57,128 bases of DNA from Ferruginibacter sp. (GCA_044357815.1 JBIKOV010000001.1:1-57128), one strand, 5' to 3'. Numbered from the stretch's first letter, positions 46,815 to 57,128 are shown. Made by a program: numbers and translations. Notes: generated by a model not told the origin, from the letters alone.

Positions 46815-49800
46815 TTACAAGCCAATTCTTACGCCTATCGTCATCGATTTAGGGTTAGGTATAATTCCAAATTCTTGGCCTTGGGAAATAGCATTATTAG
46901 TGGGCAGAAAATCAATTTCAGGATCATATCCTTTAAATTTTGTGTTTACCCAAAGGTTTTGACCGCTAACATATACATCCAATGATTGCGCCTTAATTTT
47001 CGACAACGTCTTTTTTGGAATACTGTAGGTGAGCGATATATTTCTCAATTTAATAAAACTGGCATCGTATACGTAACGGCTGCTACTATTAAAGTTTTTA
47101 CTTGTACTGCTCCAGGCAGGATTGTCTGTTTCATTTGCTGCAGTCCACAATTTTTCAGGAACAGCTTCAATGGTGGTGGCATTTCTCATATCGCCCAGGC
47201 CACCCCAAAGATAAGCGAGGGTTTGTGAAAAAATCTGCCCACCCTGCCGGCCCTGGAACATAAAGCTCATCGTGAAATTCTTATACTCGAAGTCGTTGAT
47301 AAAGCCCCATGAAAAATCAGGGGTAGCATTTCCTATACGCTGTTGATCTGCGCCGGTATATTTAAAATCCTTATTTAGATCCTCAAACCTGGCATCACCT
47401 GGCTTCATACCAAATAGAGCGGCTTCTGTAGCATCCTTCGTTTTCCAGGTACCCAGAAACTTATATCCATAAAATTCGCCTAGTGGTGCACCAATCTTCA
47501 ATAAAGCGTTGAATGTATTGTTTCCATTGGAAAAAATTTGATTATCCGCTAATCCACTCAGGCTTACCACTTTATTTTCGTTAAAGGATATATTGAAATT
47601 GGTAGTCCATTTGAAACCGTTGCTATTTGTTATCGGAGTTCCTGCAATAGCAATTTCAAGTCCCTTATTAGCTAATTCGCCCGCATTTGTTTGGGTATTA
47701 CCACCACCGGCATAAGAAAAATTTGGCCGGTTATAAAGAAGATTGTTAATTTCACTAGAATAAACATCTACAACCAAATTTAATCTTCCGTTTAAAAATG
47801 CGGCATCAAAACCTGCATCAAAGGTTTTCTTTTTCTCCCACTGCAGCGTTGCTGATACTGGTGTTCCCAGGGAAGTGGCTACCTGCCCACCTGTCTGATT
47901 TCCACCATAAAAATAGCTAGCTAAACTACCAATAGAACCCGTGTTAACTGAAGCAATAGAAGAATAGGAAGGTATAGCCTGATTACCTGTTTGACCATAA
48001 GAAGCACGAAGTTTCAGGTTGCTAAATATTTTTGAACCCTTTAGGAATTGTTCATTTTTCACGTTCCATGCTACACCAAAAGAAGGGAATGAGCTATACT
48101 TTTCTATCAGGCGGGAAGATCCATCATTACGAATACTGGCAGAAAGTGTGTATTTGTCTTTAAAAGAGTAAAAAACACGCCCCATATAGGACACCAATGC
48201 ATCAGCAGAATAACCAGATGTAGTTTGCTGAAGGCCTCCCAAGCCAAGATTGTAATAACCAAGGCTCCAAGTAGAAAGATTCTTGGAGATAGCACTTACA
48301 TTTGTATTGCTACCTTCCTGGTATTCAAAAAGTGCGGTAGCATTTAAGGAGTGATTTCCAAAGCGTTTTTTATAGGTAAGGTAATTACTGGTAAGGACCC
48401 GGCTTAAACTGTTGGAGTTCACTTGTGCAAAACCGTTATTGCCATTAAATGCACTGGTTCCTGGACCTTCAAAAATCTGAGCATATCCATTTTCTATATT
48501 ATAAACGTTGGTTGAGGTAAAAGTAAGATCGTTGAAGATTTTGTAATTAAAAATTGCAGACCCAGATATGTTGTTATTGGTATTATCATTGGCCTGGCTA
48601 TTGGCCTGGGCAATAGGGTTAAACTGGATAGAAGCATACTTTGCATTAGCAATATAATTGCCGGTACTTGGGTCGCGGATGAGGGATGTAGGATCCCATT
48701 CTACGGCCTGGTTAAACGGATCAGTTAAACCACCAGCATAACTGTTATTGTGTGATTGAGGGATGGTTACTACAGTCAGCAATTTCAGGTTCATCTTGTT
48801 GTTGAGTTTAAAATCAACATTTCCCCTGAAAGATGTTCTTTTGAACCAGGTATTCAATATAACACCCGGTTGATTCAAATAACCCAAAGCAAAGTAATAT
48901 TTCACGCCTTCGTTACCACCGCTAACATCCAACTGATAGTTCTGTACTAAGGCAGTTCGGTGAAGTTCGTCCTGCCAATCGCTTCCTTTTACAGCACCAG
49001 ACTGTAAATCAAGTACTTGTGCTTGAGTAAACGGAGCAACTCCTGTAGGATTGGTAGACAGAAACTGGTTATTTACAGACCGCGCAAAATCATATTCACC
49101 CATCAAATCGAGTTTTTTGGGCATTTTGTCGTTACGCATCCAGGTGTCGAAATTAACCCTTGTGCGTCCTGATTTTCCTGATTTAGTGGTAATCAAAACA
49201 ACCCCATTTGTACCTCTGGATCCATAGATGGCAGTTGAAGCCGCATCTTTTAAAATCTCCATGGATTCTACATCATTTACGTTTACATCAGAACCTGCTC
49301 CAATGTTACCATCAATGACATACAATGGCCCGATACCTCCTGTGATGGAATTTGCACCCCTTATTTGTACCCGAAGTCCGGCACCCGGTTGTCCACTGGG
49401 GCTAGTTACACTTACACCGGCTGTAGTACCTTGAAGGGCCTGATCTAAACGTGTCAATGGTCTTTTGGAAATCTCTGTAGCCTTAACGGTGCTGCTGGCA
49501 CCTGTCATATCTGTCTTTTTTTGGGTACCATAACCGATTACTACAACGTCGCCCAAAGTAGCCACGTCTAGTTGAAGCCTAACTGTAAAATCGGTGGAGT
49601 TTTTAACAGGGTATTCCTGGGTTTGATAGCCTACATTGCTAATGACCAGCACCGGTTTTAACTGGTTAGCAGTTCCGAGTTTAAAACTACCGTCATCCCC
49701 AGTAGTTGTGCTGATAGAAGTACCTTTAATAATTACAGTGGCACCGGAAAGCGGTTTCCCTGCATCGTCTGATATCTTTCCTTTTACCAAAGGTACCTGC

Positions 49801-49856
49801 GCATGAGCCCAAAGTAGGGTACAGGTAAAAAATAGCAGCAATTTTAATTTTTTCAT
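46815..49856 (-). CDS. susC: SusC/RagA family TonB-dependent transporter
   Basis: VVVIGYGTQKK, IRGANS, PLYVIDG, ILKDAASTAIYGSRGTNGVVLITTK, YDASFIKLRNISL, GYDPE. Confidence 0.96.
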   Translation of the reverse strand: MKKLKLLLFFTCTLLWAHAQVPLVKGKISDDAGKPLSGATVIIKGTSISTTTGDDGSFKLGTANQLKPVLVISNVGYQTQEYPVKNSTDFTVRLQLDVATLGDVVVIGYGTQKKTDMTGASSTVKATEISKRPLTRLDQALQGTTAGVSVTSPSGQPGAGLRVQIRGANSITGGIGPLYVIDGNIGAGSDVNVNDVESMEILKDAASTAIYGSRGTNGVVLITTKSGKSGRTRVNFDTWMRNDKMPKKLDLMGEYDFARSVNNQFLSTNPTGVAPFTQAQVLDLQSGAVKGSDWQDELHRTALVQNYQLDVSGGNEGVKYYFALGYLNQPGVILNTWFKRTSFRGNVDFKLNNKMNLKLLTVVTIPQSHNNSYAGGLTDPFNQAVEWDPTSLIRDPSTGNYIANAKYASIQFNPIAQANSQANDNTNNNISGSAIFNYKIFNDLTFTSTNVYNIENGYAQIFEGPGTSAFNGNNGFAQVNSNSLSRVLTSNYLTYKKRFGNHSLNATALFEYQEGSNTNVSAISKNLSTWSLGYYNLGLGGLQQTTSGYSADALVSYMGRVFYSFKDKYTLSASIRNDGSSRLIEKYSSFPSFGVAWNVKNEQFLKGSKIFSNLKLRASYGQTGNQAIPSYSSIASVNTGSIGSLASYFYGGNQTGGQVATSLGTPVSATLQWEKKKTFDAGFDAAFLNGRLNLVVDVYSSEINNLLYNRPNFSYAGGGNTQTNAGELANKGLEIAIAGTPITNSNGFKWTTNFNISFNENKVVSLSGLADNQIFSNGNNTFNALLKIGAPLGEFYGYKFLGTWKTKDATEAALFGMKPGDARFEDLNKDFKYTGADQQRIGNATPDFSWGFINDFEYKNFTMSFMFQGRQGGQIFSQTLAYLWGGLGDMRNATTIEAVPEKLWTAANETDNPAWSSTSKNFNSSSRYVYDASFIKLRNISLTYSIPKKTLSKIKAQSLDVYVSGQNLWVNTKFKGYDPEIDFLPTNNAISQGQEFGIIPNPKSMTIGVRIGL

Positions 49857-50328
49857 AATAAATAGTTTTTTTTAGAAATTAGGATAAAAGTAGCTTAGTA
49901 GGATTAACAGAAATCATAATAATCGCTTAATAGAGAAATTTATTTCACTTTTTTTTAATACTCATGGTAAAACTTAAAGAAGGTTTACCTATATGTAAAA
50001 AATTAGTTATCAATGAGATTAAGAAGGCAAATTGTTTAAGTATCTCATCGTGTTTTGATTTTAATTAATTGTCCATTCCGGGGTATCACTTTCGAATGCC
50101 TCCTATATAAATAATCTTATTTTTAATCGTTGTAATGTTATCGGTGGTTTTTCAGTAATCATTTTAACAAAAAGTACAGCTATCCTTTTGGAAATTTTTT
50201 AAACGTACCTATTGTATTTTAATACGAGCAGGCTGCATAATTAATTTATACTATTTTCCCAAGAAACTAATTAGTTATTTATTTTCGCTTTTTTCAATTT
50301 CCCAAAATTAACGGGTACTTTACATGAA

Positions 50329-51660
50329 CTATCTTATAGGCTTGGTATTACTATAACCACCTTCTCCATGAAACCAGTTTCCTGCTTTTCCTGTGAGCCA
50401 TAAATAATAATCAGTTGCAAGATTACTTTCAATACCGACAAATTTTTTGTCTCCATTCTGCGGTAATGCACCTTCCTGCAGGCATTTGTAAATAGCGGTA
50501 CCCTCATCAATTTCATCAAACATGGCTACGTAAAGAGATTGGGCGCCGGAAACCTTTGCCCCAGCAACCTGCTGCCATAAAAAATCTCCATTGTTTCTGG
50601 GAATAGAATTGTAACTCGCAGCGTTATTTTTAAGATTGCCCCAACTAAATCCCGGAAACACGAGGGGCACGTAATCAATATTATTGCTTTTGCACCACTG
50701 AATATCAGCAGGTAATACCGTACCTGCAACGTTGATATAGCTATTTGAATTATACCTTCCAACTGCCCAGGGCATTATAATATCTGATTTTTTTATAAGA
50801 CTATGCAAGATCGGTGAATTTTCCGTGTCATTATTTAAAGTTCTCCAAGAGTAAGGTACACCCAACATTACCGAAACTTTTTTAGTGGGGCCCTTAATTT
50901 TATCAACCAGGTTATTTACGTCAGCAATGGTATATTTCCTGCCATCATTAAAACCAACACCCCATATTGCTATAAGGGGTTTTTTATTATGGCGCAAATA
51001 ATTAGGCTGTTGGGTATTACTGAAAAGTGAGAATAGTGTTTGTAACTCATTCCAATCTTGTTCTAAATAAGCTACATCATCACTTGTACTACCGCTTAAA
51101 TCGTACATGACACAAATTGCTTTTTGGTATTTATTTGCAGCCTTCAATGCATTTTGTAACACCTTATTAAAATGTGCCTTACCTTTTGGATTTGACTGTT
51201 TTATTTCACTTATAAATCGTTGCACAAAAACGCCATCAATACCATAATCCTTCATCCATTTAAAATGAAGATCGACAGATTCTTCATCATTAGGGCTATA
51301 GAGGTAAGCGTTGTCGCCATTCGCAAATCTGAATGGTGAAAGGTATTTTTTTGTGTACTCAGTTACGTCCGGCCAAAAATCTACTGAAGTACAACCCGGA
51401 AAAAAACCACCACAGCTATTATTTTTATAATGATGCCAACCCCTGTCTGATGCATCGCCTTCTGCTGAAAACCAACCCTGGTAACCGGCCATTACAAGAT
51501 TTTTGTAGGAAGTGTAATTACATCCTGTATCGTTATAGCTTACTTCCGTAACGATTGGGGAAACCACAGGGATGATTGCTCCCCCATTTCCACTTCCTTT
51601 CTTTGAACAACCTATTGTAAGAAAAAAAAATACTGCGGGTAATATTTTAAAAAAAGTCAT
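50329..51660 (-). CDS. GH71/GH99-like glycoside hydrolase, lipoprotein
   Basis: Lipobox TIGC-SKK; VMAGYQGWF, HFKWMKDYGIDGVFVQRF, MYDLSG, YVAMFDEIDEGTAI. Confidence 0.85.
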   Translation of the reverse strand: MTFFKILPAVFFFLTIGCSKKGSGNGGAIIPVVSPIVTEVSYNDTGCNYTSYKNLVMAGYQGWFSAEGDASDRGWHHYKNNSCGGFFPGCTSVDFWPDVTEYTKKYLSPFRFANGDNAYLYSPNDEESVDLHFKWMKDYGIDGVFVQRFISEIKQSNPKGKAHFNKVLQNALKAANKYQKAICVMYDLSGSTSDDVAYLEQDWNELQTLFSLFSNTQQPNYLRHNKKPLIAIWGVGFNDGRKYTIADVNNLVDKIKGPTKKVSVMLGVPYSWRTLNNDTENSPILHSLIKKSDIIMPWAVGRYNSNSYINVAGTVLPADIQWCKSNNIDYVPLVFPGFSWGNLKNNAASYNSIPRNNGDFLWQQVAGAKVSGAQSLYVAMFDEIDEGTAIYKCLQEGALPQNGDKKFVGIESNLATDYYLWLTGKAGNWFHGEGGYSNTKPIR

Positions 51661-51695
51661 TCCATCAAATTTTACAATTATTAATATTAAATTAA

Positions 51696-51746
51696 TGTGT
51701 TGGATTAGGTAAAAATTTTCACAATTTATTTACCTAATCCAACACA
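51696..51746. terminator. Hairpin between the DUF3823-like gene and the GH lipoprotein gene
   Basis: tgtgttggattaggtaaa ... tttacctaatccaacaca perfect 18-bp arms. Confidence 0.65.
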
Positions 51747-51824
51747 ATGATTTTCTGAACTGTTATAACTTCCTACACCTTATTTTTTGCTAACTAACAG
51801 CATTTTTTATAAAAAGATTTTGCA

Positions 51825-52508
51825 TCAAATACCCAGCTTTACGGCAGGCGCATAGTTAAGTTTTGATTCTGGTAGATCAATTCGAGCACCCACTCTAAAA
51901 TAATATTCAAGACCAGGCTTTAGCGTTGAGCTGTTGGATGGCAAATCAATTTCAAGTGTATACACAGTATTTGGATCCGATACCGCATAGAGAAATTTTT
52001 CTGCTGCTACGAGTCGCATTCCATCACCCAATCTTGAATCGCTGTGCGCATACAAACTAATTTTTCTAACGGGAGTAAGCACAGTTTGTTCGAGTTTAAA
52101 GGTGGCAATCACCTTTGTTCCGCTTTTGGTAATTTTTGCATCTTTAACTCTAATATAGGGCGTTACAACAAAGTCAAGCTTGATTTGCCCATTAATGACT
52201 ACATCCTGAGCTGCAATATCTATGAAATTACCCCTTACCGGCCTTACTGAGTAGGTGTTAGCAAAGAGCAGGCTGTTATCATAAGAACCATTATTTTTTA
52301 CGATAAGGTAATGCGGTGTTACAGGATTATAGCCCTTTTCTATCAATTCGATTGTAGTGCCATTGATAATATCCTGCTCAATAGGTTTGTTGGTCAGCGC
52401 ATCGATAAAAGTCCCCGAAAGACCGGCAGTTGGCGCTTCGTAATTATCCTTTTTACAGGAAAACAATGCAAATGTTGTTATTAGCATTGCCAATAATAAT
52501 TTATTCAT
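51825..52508 (-). CDS. PUL-associated lipoprotein (DUF3823-like)
   Basis: Lipobox LFSC-KKDNYEAP, LFANTY, DFVVTPY, YYFRVGAR; directly downstream of susD. Confidence 0.75.
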   Translation of the reverse strand: MNKLLLAMLITTFALFSCKKDNYEAPTAGLSGTFIDALTNKPIEQDIINGTTIELIEKGYNPVTPHYLIVKNNGSYDNSLLFANTYSVRPVRGNFIDIAAQDVVINGQIKLDFVVTPYIRVKDAKITKSGTKVIATFKLEQTVLTPVRKISLYAHSDSRLGDGMRLVAAEKFLYAVSDPNTVYTLEIDLPSNSSTLKPGLEYYFRVGARIDLPESKLNYAPAVKLGI

Positions 52509-52562
52509 AATTGAAATTTTTAAAACGTCTTTAAATATCTTTTTTATCAGTTTTTAACAAAA

Positions 52563-54458
52563 TCAATACTGCGGATTTTGAACCAGTCCATTTGAACCGA
52601 TACCCGGTATGGAGCGGTAATAAGATCTTGTTATAAAAGTTCTTGGATTTATATTTGGAGCATTCACCCGCACAAAAATGTACTTTGTTTCAGGAAGCGC
52701 CCTTAAATCCTGCAATGGCAAGAGTGAATGCACAGAGCTGCTGTTAAATAACGTATGAAACTCCCTTCTTCGAATGAGGTCCCAAAATCTTTTATGTTCA
52801 AACGCCAGTTCAACTTTCCTTTCCCTTTGAACATTTGCAACAGTCAAAAGAATATCTACCTTATGCCCGGCCCTTCTTCTTACATCGTTGATTGCCTTGG
52901 CAGCAGCTATTGCATCACCCGTGCCACTTTCAACAACCGCCTCCGCATAATTCAACAAAACCTCTGCATACCTAAACTCAATAAAATCTGAAGTACTTTG
53001 GTTCCATCCAGGTACAATTGGATTTAACTGGTTCATAAATTTTTTAAAGGAAAAGCCAGTCTTTGTATTATTACCTCCGTATGTATCAAACCCTGAATAT
53101 TGGCTGGTACCTGAAGCGCCATATGTATGATAGGTGATTCCATTAATTGTTATACTGGCCTTTGTCCGTATTACCGCAACACCATCAGGTTTTACATAGC
53201 CCGCCTGGATAATAATGGGTGTGTTTTTCCACATGGTACCTGGCAAAATACTTGTTGCCGATAACCGTGCATCCTTACCATTAAAAATTTCATTGGGAGT
53301 ATTAAACCTGATATAATTTTGTGCAGGATTATATCCGTTATAATCTGATGTATTACCATCAACAGTTGTTACAATCGGTGCATCAAAACCTGGTTTAGCA
53401 TAACTTTCATAAGTATCAGCCAAATCAAGCGTTGGGTTCATTCGACCGGGATGCGGCCAGCCATTTGCTGCCTGGGCTGGCTGAAACCATATATCATAAT
53501 TATGTCCCTGGAAATTCCCAACAAGGGCACGGCCTTTGATAAAAATTGCTTCTACAGACGCTCCATTTGCATTTGGATCCTGAAAAAGCAACCTGTAATT
53601 TTCTGCTGCTTCTTGTGGATTTGCAGGGGTTGGCCTGAACAATTGAAATTTCCCCGAAGCCATAATTGCCTGGGATGCACTGATTGCTGCTGCATAATAA
53701 CCATTTGCCAATGAAGGATCCAAACCAACAAGTTTACCAGTAACGGCGTCTCCTGACAGCGGGGCGAGGCTTCCAAATTTTGCCAATGAGGCTGCATGCA
53801 AAGCTGCTCTTGATTTTAAAGCGTAGGCTGTCCATTTGGATGCCCGTCTTCCGGTTGCATCACTAAGGTTCGCTATGGCCGTATCGCAAAGCGCTAATAC
53901 ATAATCCCATGTTTCCTTTTCGGTGCTTCTGGGTACTTTTAAACTCGCAGCATCACCTTTATACTCCTGAGAATTTTTAATTAACGGAACACCACCATAT
54001 CTTTTAGCCAGTGCAAAATAGGTGAATGCCTTGATGAAAGCACTCTCGCCGGTAAGGACCTTTCTTTCCTGAGCAGTTATTTTTAGCAAGGGTATTGCAT
54101 CTGCCAGAATATTTGCATCCCGCATTAACTTATACCCATCTGTCCACCAGTGATAATCATCATCTGCTACACCTGCTCCACTCTCACTATGTGTAGCCTC
54201 ATCTGTTACCATTGCTGTAGATTGACCTCCATTATTAGGTCCCCCCTGGTTGTAATTAAAGCCCTGCCTCATAAAAGTAAAATCTTCTACAGGTAACTGA
54301 TTGTAAAGGTTTGCCATGTACAATTCGACCCCTTTAGGATCTCCAAAAATCATATCTGCCGTTAAGCGATCAGTTGGTTCTAAATCCAACACTTTTTTGC
54401 AGCCAAGCAGAAACAGGCCTGCAAGCAATATGAAAATTTTTATTTTATTTGTATTCAT
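52563..54458 (-). CDS. susD: SusD/RagB family glycan-binding lipoprotein
   Basis: Lipobox LLGC, AKRYGGVP, ALKSRAALHAAS, FRYAEVLLNYAEA, ERKVELAFEHKRFWDL, QNPQY. Confidence 0.93.
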   Translation of the reverse strand: MNTNKIKIFILLAGLFLLGCKKVLDLEPTDRLTADMIFGDPKGVELYMANLYNQLPVEDFTFMRQGFNYNQGGPNNGGQSTAMVTDEATHSESGAGVADDDYHWWTDGYKLMRDANILADAIPLLKITAQERKVLTGESAFIKAFTYFALAKRYGGVPLIKNSQEYKGDAASLKVPRSTEKETWDYVLALCDTAIANLSDATGRRASKWTAYALKSRAALHAASLAKFGSLAPLSGDAVTGKLVGLDPSLANGYYAAAISASQAIMASGKFQLFRPTPANPQEAAENYRLLFQDPNANGASVEAIFIKGRALVGNFQGHNYDIWFQPAQAANGWPHPGRMNPTLDLADTYESYAKPGFDAPIVTTVDGNTSDYNGYNPAQNYIRFNTPNEIFNGKDARLSATSILPGTMWKNTPIIIQAGYVKPDGVAVIRTKASITINGITYHTYGASGTSQYSGFDTYGGNNTKTGFSFKKFMNQLNPIVPGWNQSTSDFIEFRYAEVLLNYAEAVVESGTGDAIAAAKAINDVRRRAGHKVDILLTVANVQRERKVELAFEHKRFWDLIRRREFHTLFNSSSVHSLLPLQDLRALPETKYIFVRVNAPNINPRTFITRSYYRSIPGIGSNGLVQNPQY

Positions 54459-54469
54459 GATTATAAATT

Positions 54470-57128
54470 TTAGAAGTTAACATTTACACCAAAATTGAAT
54501 GTTTTGGTAAGGGGATAATTGAAGCCGGAATTGAAAAGACCTTCCAGTTTTTCAGGATCAAAAGGTTTTACAAAAGGATCAGCCCATGTTGCCAGGTTAA
54601 AACCATTCGCATATATCCTGATTTTTTGAATTCCTGTGGATTTGTAAATTCTTGAACTAATTGTGTATCCTAATTCAAGGGTTTTCAATCTAACATAGGA
54701 GGCATCTTTTCTCCATACTGAACTTTCCTTATACATACTTCCAACATCACCGATAAAACGGGAGGCTGGCCATTTACCAGGCACCCACGCACTCTTTGAA
54801 TCGTAAGGATCTGCCATATGCCACCTATCGAAAAAATAGGCCGGTGTATTTCCCCTAAAGGCCAATACTTGTGCATACACTTCGCTAAAACGAACGGTGT
54901 AATTAGCAGCGCCCTGAAATAAGACATTTACATCAAAACCCTTATAAGAAGCATTCAAAGTAAGACCAAAATTCATCCTTGGATTTTTTCTTCCGCCAGC
55001 ATTAAGATCCTCATTAGTTCCATTGGCACCGGTAAATATGGGCAGTTCATCCAAACCATTAATTACACCATCATTATTAATGTCAGCATACTTATAATCT
55101 CCGGGTAATTCGCGAATATTTGCCTGGTTTCCATTCTGAATAGGGTAGTTGGCGATTTCATTTTGGTCATTAAATTGACCAAGATAGGTGAACCCCCAGG
55201 CAACATCATTATACCTGTAAGCAGTTCCATTTCTCCAACGGTCATAACTGTTGGTAAAGGCTCCCCGCTCAACATACCTGTTCATTGTACGGGCATAATT
55301 GAAATTACCCGATACACCATAGTTGAGTTTGCCAGCTCTATTTCTGTAAGTCACTGTAAAATCTGTCCCTTCCGTACGGTTACTATTTAAATTTTCTTGT
55401 GGCAAACTTGCACCAAATGTATTTGGCAATGAAGTACTCTTGTAGGCTGGTAATCCCTCCTGGTCTCTTCTATACAGATCAAATTCGATGGTTAGTTTAT
55501 TCTTCCAAAGGCCAATGTCGAGGCCAATGTCGGAAGTTTTTGCAACCGCCCAGGTTAATACGGGATTAACAATTGCCGGTGATTGTGCACCTGCAACAAG
55601 ACTACCATTGTTGAACTCATAAGAGCCGCCATCTAAAGCAAAACCGGGTATCCACTGGTATGCGATAAACCCTTGACTTGAAGCAACCTCTCCATAAGAA
55701 CCACGAAGCTTTAAATTTGAGATAACCGGTAAATGTTGTTTCATAAAATTTTCTTCTGAAATTCGCCAGCCTGCTGAAGCAACTGGAAAAAAGCCCCATC
55801 TGCTTTCAGAAGGATATGCATGAGTACCCATATACCTGAAAGCTAGTTCAACCAGGTATTTATTGTTGAAGCCATAGTTAAAACGGCCCAAAAGTGATTG
55901 GTTGGCATTTTGTGACTCGCTTCCGCTATTTGTTTGATTGTTGGTACTTGCCCTGTCTATTTGGTCAATGGTATAAAAATCATATAACCTTCTTAAAGAT
56001 GAGCTACGTGACCACTCCTGCCGTTGCTCAAATACCGCTGTAGCTCCAATACTATGCTTTACTGCGACAACAGTATTGTAGTTAGCCTGAGCCTGCAGGG
56101 TAAGCCTGCTGAAATTTGTGAAACTATTAGAAATAGATGCTGTACCTGCCCTTTGTTGAGATACCACATAGTCGTTGCTTACATAATTATATTCCTTAAA
56201 CGGCTTAAATAAGTCCTTGCCCTGAGAACTATTCATATCATAGGATGCCAATCCTTTTAAGGAGAGGCCTTTTACGTAAGGTAAATCCCAGGTCAATGCC
56301 ATCTGTGTTTGAAGGTTATTGTTAACATCCTCACTATAACCTGTAATATTTTTGTTTGAAAGCGTTAACGGATTTTGATTACTTGGAGCTACTACCGCAG
56401 GGTAATCGGGGTTGTTATTTGCATAGGGGCCCTGAGTTGGCAGGGAAGTTCTCGTTCCCTTAAATATATTAAAGAAGTTTTCTCCAGGGGTGATTCTTTT
56501 ATCATAACGACCGCTTACTAATAATTCTGCCTTTAAGTTATTAGCTATCTCAGTAGTTAGATTAGATCTTAAATTAAATCGTTTATACCCCATATCATCG
56601 CTCTTCAATAAACCCTCCTCGTCAAAATAACCGAGTCCTAAAAAATACTGTGTTTTTTCAGTTCCGCCAGTAGCCGAAATATTATGTTGTTGCTGAAGGG
56701 CCGTATTCTTCATTGTAACATCGTACCAATCGGTACTTTCATATCCAGGAGCACCATTAATGTATTTTTGCATTTCTTCTTTCGCTAAAAAAGGGGCCCC
56801 TGTTCCAAACATAGCGGCATCATTTCGCATCTGAATCCACTCGCCTGCATTGGCCATTCTTGGTATATCTGTAGGCTCCATAAAGCCAACAACACTATTT
56901 ACATTGAAGGAAGTCTTTCCTTTACTACCTTTTTTAGTTGTAACAATTACTACACCATTAGCCGCCCCAAAACCGTAAATGGCCGCTGAAGCATCCTTCA
57001 AAAAAGATATACTTTCAATATCGTCCGGGTTAATACGTTGAAACTCTGATGAACCATCCCGGATTATACCATCAATTACATATAATGGTGTACCAAAACC
57101 CCGGATGTTAATCATGTTGTTAAAAGTA
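54470..57128 (-). CDS. susC: SusC/RagA family TonB-dependent transporter (5' end outside window)
   Basis: IRGFGTPLYVIDG, LKDASAAIYG..AANGVVIVTTK, DASYVRLKTLELGY, FGVNVNF C-terminus; frame open to window edge. Confidence 0.95.
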   Translation of the reverse strand, partial: TFNNMINIRGFGTPLYVIDGIIRDGSSEFQRINPDDIESISFLKDASAAIYGFGAANGVVIVTTKKGSKGKTSFNVNSVVGFMEPTDIPRMANAGEWIQMRNDAAMFGTGAPFLAKEEMQKYINGAPGYESTDWYDVTMKNTALQQQHNISATGGTEKTQYFLGLGYFDEEGLLKSDDMGYKRFNLRSNLTTEIANNLKAELLVSGRYDKRITPGENFFNIFKGTRTSLPTQGPYANNNPDYPAVVAPSNQNPLTLSNKNITGYSEDVNNNLQTQMALTWDLPYVKGLSLKGLASYDMNSSQGKDLFKPFKEYNYVSNDYVVSQQRAGTASISNSFTNFSRLTLQAQANYNTVVAVKHSIGATAVFEQRQEWSRSSSLRRLYDFYTIDQIDRASTNNQTNSGSESQNANQSLLGRFNYGFNNKYLVELAFRYMGTHAYPSESRWGFFPVASAGWRISEENFMKQHLPVISNLKLRGSYGEVASSQGFIAYQWIPGFALDGGSYEFNNGSLVAGAQSPAIVNPVLTWAVAKTSDIGLDIGLWKNKLTIEFDLYRRDQEGLPAYKSTSLPNTFGASLPQENLNSNRTEGTDFTVTYRNRAGKLNYGVSGNFNYARTMNRYVERGAFTNSYDRWRNGTAYRYNDVAWGFTYLGQFNDQNEIANYPIQNGNQANIRELPGDYKYADINNDGVINGLDELPIFTGANGTNEDLNAGGRKNPRMNFGLTLNASYKGFDVNVLFQGAANYTVRFSEVYAQVLAFRGNTPAYFFDRWHMADPYDSKSAWVPGKWPASRFIGDVGSMYKESSVWRKDASYVRLKTLELGYTISSRIYKSTGIQKIRIYANGFNLATWADPFVKPFDPEKLEGLFNSGFNYPLTKTFNFGVNVNF

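Noticed and set aside
49857-50328. Possible sRNA, riboswitch or invertible promoter in the long spacer upstream of the second susC
   Set aside because: Only weak AT-rich stems and an imperfect -7-like element; no flanking inverted repeats or recombinase seen.
1-57128. Mobile elements, prophage, defence systems, rRNA/tRNA
   Set aside because: No transposase, integrase, phage or defence motifs and no tRNA/rRNA-like sequence recognised by eye; a covariance-model search would be needed to exclude small RNAs.

Overview
AT-rich chromosomal window from a Bacteroidota organism, most consistent with a free-living Chitinophagaceae-like lineage (TAnnTTTG-type -7 promoter elements, no Shine-Dalgarno motifs, porT, SusC/SusD pairs). 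1-19.2 kb is housekeeping: DksA with a histone-H1-like tail, a GNAT/ceramide-synthase-like gene, dnaX, pdhC, cyclophilin, engB, menG-porT, pyrC, a short MutS-like ATPase, an MsbA-like ABC exporter and comM. 19.3-27.2 kb is a surface-glycan cluster with a GT6 (ABO-type) and a GT11 alpha-1,2-fucosyltransferase plus four GT2s and a second ABC exporter. 28-33.7 kb holds a TonB-dependent transporter preceded by a signal-peptide/HCxCxH/RGPP leader ORF (candidate metal-sensing ribosome-arrest attenuator), two PAP2 phosphatases and a divergent heme-c lipoprotein. 34-57 kb is a partly decayed polysaccharide utilization locus: two SusC/SusD pairs, two GH71/99-like enzymes, four intact sulfatases, an esterase, and GH92, ROK and sulfatase remnants. 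Notable non-coding signals are an A10 slippage site in dnaX with immediate stops in both shifted frames, a near-fully palindromic divergent promoter between engB and menG, a triple-palindrome 20-bp repeat and a heptamer repeat array. No rRNA, tRNA, CRISPR array or transposase was recognised. All calls come from reading motifs; no database searches were run.
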